The translations under genes were made by a program, and so were the position numbers. A stretch of DNA of 25,046 nucleotides from Opitutus sp. GAS368 (lineage in GTDB: Bacteria > Verrucomicrobiota > Verrucomicrobiia > Opitutales > Opitutaceae), in NCBI GenBank assembly GCA_945861645.1, contig CAMAVZ010000028.1:1-25046 (forward strand). The letters run 5' to 3'. Shown in pieces: positions 19,271-25,046 of this stretch; position 1 is the stretch's first letter; each line of letters starts with the position of its first letter. The notes below the pieces were generated by a model, which was not told the DNA's origin, ran no database searches, and worked only from the letters and a program-made list of their open reading frames with translations.

Positions 19271-20584
19271 ATGGCTGGTTTCCAATCCCTTCCGGGCTTC
19301 CGGAATTTTTATCCGGAAGAATTTTCTCGTCGGCAGCATATCTTTGCCACTTGGCGCACGGCGGCGCGCGCTGCGGGCTTTCAGGAGTATGATGCGCCTG
19401 TGCTTGAGCCGCTCGAGCTCTTTACCACGAAGTCAGGAGACGAAATCGAAGGGCAGCTATTTAGTTTTATGGATAAAGGGGGCCGCTCGGTCGCGCTGCG
19501 ACCAGAGATGACCCCGACCGTTTGCCGCATGGTCGGCGAGAAGGCGGGGTCGCTCAAGCGTCCGATTAAGTGGTTTAGTGTAGCAGAGTTTTATCGTTAC
19601 GAGCGCGCGCAGAAGGGGCGTTTACGCGCCTTTCATCAATTTAATGCCGATATCTTTGGCGAGGCTGGTCCCGAAGCAGAGATCGAGTTGATTGCGCTGT
19701 TGATTCAATGTCTGGCGGGCTTCGGACTGACTTCGGCTGATTTTGTTATCCGACTCAGCGATCGTGACCTGTGGTTTTTTTATCTCGAAGCACTTGGGTT
19801 TACCGAACCGCAAGCGCAGGCAATGCTCACAGCCATCGATCGCTTCGAGAAAATGGGCAACGATGCCTTCAAGGGCTACGGCGAGGCGCACGGGGTGCTG
19901 GCGGCAGACACTCAAGCAAAGGTGTTAGCGTTCTTGAATATTAAAAGCCTCACTGACCTGGAAATGACCCTCGCAGAATTTAATTCAGAGAAGCTGGGGC
20001 TCCGCTTGGTCGACTGGCGCAAGGTGTTAAATGGTTTAGCGGACATGGGCTTGGCGGATTTTATTTCCGTGGATCTATCGGTAGTGCGGGGTTTGGCCTA
20101 TTACACCGGTTTTGTCTTCGAGGCGTTTGATCGGCGCGGTGATCTACGTGCGTTGGCGGGGGGCGGTCGTTACAATAATTTAGTTAAAAAATTGGGCTAT
20201 GCCGATTTGCCGGCGGTGGGGTTTGCCATCGGTGATGTTACGACTGCTCTGTTGCTGGAGCAGCGCGGGTTGACGCCGCAATTTATCAACGCCCCCGAGA
20301 TCTACGTGATTATTGGCGGGGAAGTGGAGCGCAGGGTGGCCTTGGCGGATATTCAGGCTCTCCGTGCGGCGGGTTTCCGTGTGGAGTATCCCTTGAAGGA
20401 GCTGGCTTTCGGCAAGCAGTTTAAAGTCGCGGCCGATTCTGGCGCGAAGCTCGCGCTTATTTATGGCGGCGATGAAATTGCTAAAGGGGTGGTCAAGCTT
20501 CGGGCGATGGTCGATCGCACCGAGCATGAGGTGCCTCGGGCGCAATTGCGCGCCGCGGTGCGGGATTATCTGTCAGGCCATTGA
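19271..20584 (+). CDS. hisS: Histidine--tRNA ligase
   Basis: LRPEMT, YRYERAQKGRLRAFHQ, RGLAYYTG, GGGRY; C-terminal anticodon-binding domain is present, which argues against HisZ. Confidence 0.95.
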   Translation: MAGFQSLPGFRNFYPEEFSRRQHIFATWRTAARAAGFQEYDAPVLEPLELFTTKSGDEIEGQLFSFMDKGGRSVALRPEMTPTVCRMVGEKAGSLKRPIKWFSVAEFYRYERAQKGRLRAFHQFNADIFGEAGPEAEIELIALLIQCLAGFGLTSADFVIRLSDRDLWFFYLEALGFTEPQAQAMLTAIDRFEKMGNDAFKGYGEAHGVLAADTQAKVLAFLNIKSLTDLEMTLAEFNSEKLGLRLVDWRKVLNGLADMGLADFISVDLSVVRGLAYYTGFVFEAFDRRGDLRALAGGGRYNNLVKKLGYADLPAVGFAIGDVTTALLLEQRGLTPQFINAPEIYVIIGGEVERRVALADIQALRAAGFRVEYPLKELAFGKQFKVAADSGAKLALIYGGDEIAKGVVKLRAMVDRTEHEVPRAQLRAAVRDYLSGH

Positions 20585-20675
20585 TTCCACCCGCCCGATT
20601 GAAGGCGAGGTCGAGAGTTTTTTGCTTAGCCCCGGTTGGGCGAATCTAAATTTGCGCGCAGAAATCTTGCCGCCG

Positions 20676-21080
20676 TTAAGCTAAATCGGCTGGGCCGAAG
20701 GCTCCGGGCAGGAGGGCAGCAAGCGAAACGGTGATTTCCTCTCGGCCAGTGCAGAAGGAAATAATTTGGGCGGTTGGTCCGAACTCATTGATCACTTGCC
20801 GGCAGGCGCCGCAGGGCGCGGTGGCAGTTTTAGTGGGTGTATAGACTACCACGCAGGAAATTTTTTTCTCGCCGGCGGCGACGGCGCTGAAAATTGCCGT
20901 TCGTTCGGCGCAGTTGGTGAGTCCGTAGGAAGCATTTTCTACATTGCAGCCGGTATAAATCTTCCCGGAGTTGGTGAGCACTGCTGCGCCGACGTGAAAT
21001 TTGGAATAAGGCGCGTACGCAAGCCGGGCCGCATTTTTCGCGGCTGATTTAAGTTTTTTGAGTTGGGGGGCGGTCGGCAT
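20676..21080 (-). CDS. cdd: Cytidine deaminase (homotetrameric type)
   Basis: AYAPYSKFHVGAA, GCNVENASYG, CAER, PCGACRQ. TAATG coupling to kbl. Confidence 0.95.
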   Translation of the reverse strand: MPTAPQLKKLKSAAKNAARLAYAPYSKFHVGAAVLTNSGKIYTGCNVENASYGLTNCAERTAIFSAVAAGEKKISCVVVYTPTKTATAPCGACRQVINEFGPTAQIISFCTGREEITVSLAALLPGAFGPADLA

Positions 21081-22270
21081 TAGAGGAAAAATTCCTGTTT
21101 CACTTCGGCAAATTTCTCAATGGCAAAAGCCAGATCGGCGCGCGTGTGGGCGGCGGATACTTGCGTGCGGATGCGCGCGGTGCCGTGGGGGACGACGGGA
21201 TAGAAAAATCCTACGACGTAGACGCCTTTTTCCAGCAAGCGTGCTGCCACTTTTTGGGCCAGCGCGGCCTCGCCCAGCATCACGGGTACGATGGGGTGGG
21301 TGCCCGGTCGGATGGTTAGACCGATTTGCGTCAGCCCGGCGCGAAAGAAGGCCGTATTTTTTTCCAGCTGATCGCGCCATTCAGTGGAGGCGCTGAGCAA
21401 TTCAAGACATTTGAGTGAGGTGGCGGCGATGTTGGGCGCGAGCGTGTTGGAGAAAAGATAAGGCCGGGAGCGTTGCCGGAGCAGGTCGATTATTTCTTGG
21501 CGGCCGCTGGTGTAACCACCACTGGCGCCGCCGAGTGCTTTGCCGAGGGTGCCGGTGAAAATATCGACGCACCCCATTACGCCGCAATGTTCCGCCGTGC
21601 CTCGTCCCGTTTTCCCCATGAATCCAACGGCGTGACTATCATCGATCATCACATTGGCGCCATAACGGTCGGCCAGATCACAAATGCCCGGTAAATTCGC
21701 GATGGTGCCATCCATGGAAAAAACCCCGTCGGTGGCAAGGAGAGTGAAACGTGATTGGGCCGCCGCAGCGGCTTGGAGTTTGGCTTCGAGGTCCGCTAAG
21801 TTGTTATGCTGATAACGAGCGCGTTGCGCTTTGCAAAGCCGGACGCCGTCGATGATCGAAGCGTGGTTTAGTTCGTCGGATATGATGGTGTCTTCCGGTC
21901 CCAGCAAAGTCTCAAATAACCCCGTGTTGGCGTCAAAACAGGAGGAATAGAGGATGGTATCTTCGGTGCCGAGAAACCGCGAAATCGCCTGTTCAAGTTC
22001 ACGGTGAATTTGCTGGGTGCCGCAGATAAAGCGGACAGAGGCGAGGCCGTAGCCCCAGCGATCCAAGGCGGCGTGAGCGGCGGCAATGAGCTCGGGGTGG
22101 TCGGCGAGCCCGAGATAATTATTCGCGCAAAGATTTAATACCTGGGCCCCCCCAGTAAGGCCGATGTGGGTCGCTTGCGGGGTGGTGATCACGCGCTCAC
22201 GTTTACCCAGACCAGCTGTCTCAATATCGCTGAGCGTTTTTTTGAGGTGGGCGGAGTAGGCAGAATTCAT
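21080..22270 (-). CDS. kbl: Glycine C-acetyltransferase (2-amino-3-ketobutyrate CoA ligase)
   Basis: [49 protein letters not shown]. Confidence 0.97.
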   Translation of the reverse strand: MNSAYSAHLKKTLSDIETAGLGKRERVITTPQATHIGLTGGAQVLNLCANNYLGLADHPELIAAAHAALDRWGYGLASVRFICGTQQIHRELEQAISRFLGTEDTILYSSCFDANTGLFETLLGPEDTIISDELNHASIIDGVRLCKAQRARYQHNNLADLEAKLQAAAAAQSRFTLLATDGVFSMDGTIANLPGICDLADRYGANVMIDDSHAVGFMGKTGRGTAEHCGVMGCVDIFTGTLGKALGGASGGYTSGRQEIIDLLRQRSRPYLFSNTLAPNIAATSLKCLELLSASTEWRDQLEKNTAFFRAGLTQIGLTIRPGTHPIVPVMLGEAALAQKVAARLLEKGVYVVGFFYPVVPHGTARIRTQVSAAHTRADLAFAIEKFAEVKQEFFL

Positions 22271-22302
22271 AAATGAAGCTTAAGGCGAGACGGCGCCAAA
22301 AA

Positions 22303-23343
22303 TTAGTCCCAATCGAGAATGATTTTTCCGCTCTGGCCAGCCCCCATGAGCGTGAAGCCAGCTTGAAATTCAGCCGCGGGAAAGTGGTGGGTGATAACGG
22401 GAGTAATATCGAGACCGCCCTGTACGAGCGCCGTCATTTTGTACCAGGTTTCAAACATCTCTCGGCCGTAAATGCCTTTAAGGTGAAGCATTTTGAAAAC
22501 GATTTTATTCCAGTCGACCTTCGCTTCCGCGGCATGCACGCCGAGTAGAGCAATGCGGCCGCCCATGATCATGTTGTCGATCATTTGGTTTAAGGCCACG
22601 GGACTGCCGGACATTTCAAGGCCAACATCAAAACCTTCCGTCATACCGAGTTCTTGATGCCACACTTTGGTTAAATCTTCGGTCGCGGTGTTGATGGCCC
22701 GCGTTGGCGCAAATTTACGGGCGAGCTCAAGCCGGCCCTCATTGATATCGGTAATAACCACTTTACGAGCTCCGGCGTGTTTGGCGACGGCGATCGCCAT
22801 GCAACCAATGGGGCCCGCGCCGGTGATGAGGACATCTTCGCCCGTGAGATCAAAGGATAATGCCGTGTGGACGGCGTTGCCGAGAGGATCAAAGCACGAG
22901 ACTACATCGAGGGACATGCCAGCGGGCACCCGCCAAACATTGCTCGCTGGAATGGAAACATAATCAGCGAAGGCGCCGTCGCGATTAACCCCGACCCCCA
23001 CGGTGTTGGGGCAGAGGTGCCGGCGACCCGCGAGACAGTTGCGGCAGTGACCGCAAACAATATGCCCTTCGCCCGTGACGAGTTGGCCCAGGGTAAAGCC
23101 CGTCACGCCCGCACCGACATCTGCCACGGTGCCGACATATTCATGACCAAGGATGAGCGGAGGCTTGATGGTGCGCTGCGCCCAAGCGTCCCACTTGTTA
23201 ATATGAACATCCGTTCCACAAATAGAGGTTTTATTAATCTTGATCAGCACATCATTCAGGCCCGGCGTGGGCACGGGTACTTCGGTCATGATGAGGCCGG
23301 GTCCGGCCGTGGGCTTAACGATGGCGCGCATTTTGGCGGGCAT
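22303..23343 (-). CDS. tdh: L-threonine 3-dehydrogenase
   Basis: [12 protein letters not shown], structural Zn [28 protein letters not shown]; adjacent to kbl. Start is ATG 23343 (or 23331). Confidence 0.96.
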   Translation of the reverse strand: MPAKMRAIVKPTAGPGLIMTEVPVPTPGLNDVLIKINKTSICGTDVHINKWDAWAQRTIKPPLILGHEYVGTVADVGAGVTGFTLGQLVTGEGHIVCGHCRNCLAGRRHLCPNTVGVGVNRDGAFADYVSIPASNVWRVPAGMSLDVVSCFDPLGNAVHTALSFDLTGEDVLITGAGPIGCMAIAVAKHAGARKVVITDINEGRLELARKFAPTRAINTATEDLTKVWHQELGMTEGFDVGLEMSGSPVALNQMIDNMIMGGRIALLGVHAAEAKVDWNKIVFKMLHLKGIYGREMFETWYKMTALVQGGLDITPVITHHFPAAEFQAGFTLMGAGQSGKIILDWD

Positions 23344-23469
23344 AAAAAAGGGAGTTAAATTGAGCTCAGTATGGTCCGTGATTTTCTGGAAACAACCCCG
23401 AAGGCGGCGACCAAGCTCCAATAAGATTAGCGGCGGATGGAAATTAAGCGAGGTTGGGTGGTGACCTTA

Positions 23470-24099
23470 TTAGGCGTCGAGTGAGCGCCAGAGATACCAG
23501 CTCGCCACGGAGCGGTAGGGTTGCCAGAGACGCGCTTGTTTGATGATGGTCGCCGGGGAAGGCGGCTGACGTTTTCCGTACAGTTTTTGAAAACCGAGAC
23601 GGATGGCGAAATCTCCAGTCGGCAGCACATCGGGCCGTCCGAGATAGAAGATCAGTAACATGTGTACGGTCCACGGACCCACCCCATGTATCGTCGTGAG
23701 GCGGGTCACAAGTTCATCATCAGTCAGTGTGCGGGCGATCGATAGGCGGGGGACAACGCCCGCTTGGCCTTGAGCGGCGAGGTCACGAATCGCACGTAAT
23801 TTATTGCGCGAAAGCCCTGCGCTGCGCAGTGCGGCATCGGTAGTTTTGGTCAGCGCCGTCGGGGTTGCGCCACCGCAGGGAGCGAGAACCGCCATGACGC
23901 GAGCATGAATGGTCGCGGCGGCTTTGCCGTGCAGTTGCTGGTAGACGATGGAGCGCAGGATGGCCTCAAATAAACTAGTGAGTGGAGTTAGCTTTAAGGT
24001 AAACGGACCGATTCGCTTAATTAGAGCGGCGAGGGTTGGGTCGCATTGGCGGAGATGCACGAGCGCCGCGGCAGGATTAAAAGATAACTTAGGCTTCAT
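23470..24099 (-). CDS. DNA-3-methyladenine glycosylase II (AlkA-like HhH-GPD, short form)
   Basis: SIVYQQL, HhH LTTIHGVGPWT, LGRPDVLPTGD, WQPYRSVASWYLW. Confidence 0.92.
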   Translation of the reverse strand: MKPKLSFNPAAALVHLRQCDPTLAALIKRIGPFTLKLTPLTSLFEAILRSIVYQQLHGKAAATIHARVMAVLAPCGGATPTALTKTTDAALRSAGLSRNKLRAIRDLAAQGQAGVVPRLSIARTLTDDELVTRLTTIHGVGPWTVHMLLIFYLGRPDVLPTGDFAIRLGFQKLYGKRQPPSPATIIKQARLWQPYRSVASWYLWRSLDA

Positions 24100-24143
24100 G
24101 CCGGGGTGCTTTAAAATAATGAATTAACTCGCGGGGAAAATCA

Positions 24144-24668
24144 TTATTCTGACAGTAACTCGGCGCCTTCGAGAGCGAGCAGGCGGGTTTTTGTGCGGAT
24201 CCCGCCCGAGCCGGAGAAGCCCGTCATCTTGTCCCCAGCGGAGACGACGCGATGACACGGGACGATGAGGGGCCAAGGATTGGTCGCGAGGGCCACGCCG
24301 ACGGCACGGGCCGAGGAATTTCCGAGCGCCATCGATTTAGCGATCTCACCGTAACTTGTCTTGTAGCCCGGTTTAATTCGCTGGGTTTGCAGATAAACGG
24401 CCTGCTGGAAATCAGTCACGCGACTCCAATCGAGCGGGGTCGAAGAAAAATCCGCGAGGCGACCTGCCAAGTGTTGCTGGATTTTTTCGATCAGCTGAGA
24501 AATCTGCGGGGGCAGGGTAGCTCCGGCCGGTTGCGTGTGGGTGCGTTGCGCAAGTTTTTGCTCAACTTGCGCCTGGTCGGCCTCGGGTAGTTGCAAGCCG
24601 GTGAGGCCGATCTCGTTCCAGGCAATGCCGCAGGGACCAAAGGTGGTGGGGAAGAGGGTGTGTGGCAC
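24144..24668 (-). CDS. ogt: Methylated-DNA--protein-cysteine methyltransferase
   Basis: SYGEIA, ARAVG, NP...IVPCHRVV (active Cys), K..LL.LE. Confidence 0.92.
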   Translation of the reverse strand: MPHTLFPTTFGPCGIAWNEIGLTGLQLPEADQAQVEQKLAQRTHTQPAGATLPPQISQLIEKIQQHLAGRLADFSSTPLDWSRVTDFQQAVYLQTQRIKPGYKTSYGEIAKSMALGNSSARAVGVALATNPWPLIVPCHRVVSAGDKMTGFSGSGGIRTKTRLLALEGAELLSE

Positions 24669-24725
24669 AGGAAGGTGAGTGCGTTTGAGGCTCGATGACC
24701 TATTTGTGATCGGGGCTACCCAGCA

Positions 24726-25046
24726 TCAGTTTTCGCCGATGTAACGGCGAAAAAATTCTTCAAAACGTACGAGTCGGTCCAATCGTTGTTTGGGCTCACC
24801 GCTCCGGCTGAGTTCATGGGTGGCGCGGGGATAGCGCACATATTCGACTGGGCGGCCCATTTGTTTCAAACTCTTGTATAGCATTTGGCTCTGAATAACT
24901 CCCGTCCGAAAATCAGTATCAGCATGCTTAATGAGCAGGGGAGTTTTGATATTTTCCACGTAGGTTTGAGGGGATTCGCGCTCGAGGATGGGACGAACTT
25001 CTTTGTCCCACGGATAGCCGCCAAAGTATTGGGGCAAGAGCGACCA
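24726..25046 (-). CDS. S9 family (prolyl oligopeptidase/acylaminoacyl peptidase) peptidase, C-terminal part; truncated by the window edge
   Basis: SP..YV..IKTPLLI.H...D.R (catalytic Asp) and VRYP...HELSRSGEP (catalytic His). The frame is open to the window end. Confidence 0.88.
   Translation of the reverse strand, partial: WSLLPQYFGGYPWDKEVRPILERESPQTYVENIKTPLLIKHADTDFRTGVIQSQMLYKSLKQMGRPVEYVRYPRATHELSRSGEPKQRLDRLVRFEEFFRRYIGEN

Noticed and set aside
23344..23469. Possible glycine riboswitch or attenuator upstream of tdh-kbl
   Set aside because: No GGAGA/CCGAAG/CTCAGG core on the coding strand and no Thr-rich leader peptide. A promoter-like TTGTTT-N16-CATACT would leave only a short leader.

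Overview
About 25 kb of gene-dense bacterial chromosome. Gene content, protein style and the pyrimidine-rich, Shine-Dalgarno-poor start regions suggest Verrucomicrobiota (Opitutae-like); this is an inference. It is mostly core or housekeeping: two xylose-isomerase-like TIM barrels plus a Gfo/Idh/MocA oxidoreductase, a stand-alone 5'-3' exonuclease, an orphan OmpR-type regulator, aguB-aguA-lipoprotein, rpsA, an RlmI-type methyltransferase, a SASA esterase, eno, an ankyrin-like repeat protein, a single-domain receiver, a Ser/Thr kinase directly upstream of rpoN, an A-type Fe-S carrier, ubiE/menG, HU/IHF-hisS, tdh-kbl-cdd, AlkA-like and Ogt repair genes, and the 3' end of an S9 peptidase. I saw no mobile element, CRISPR array, tRNA or rRNA. 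The most interesting signals are: (1) a kinase-only Hanks kinase with an atypical activation segment, apparently co-transcribed with sigma-54; (2) a recurring promoter geometry implying leaderless mRNAs; (3) a three-hairpin rpsA leader with a possible pseudoknot; (4) an ankyrin variant with an LRR-like LxxLP second half; (5) a stand-alone flap nuclease ending in a beta-clamp-binding-like motif.
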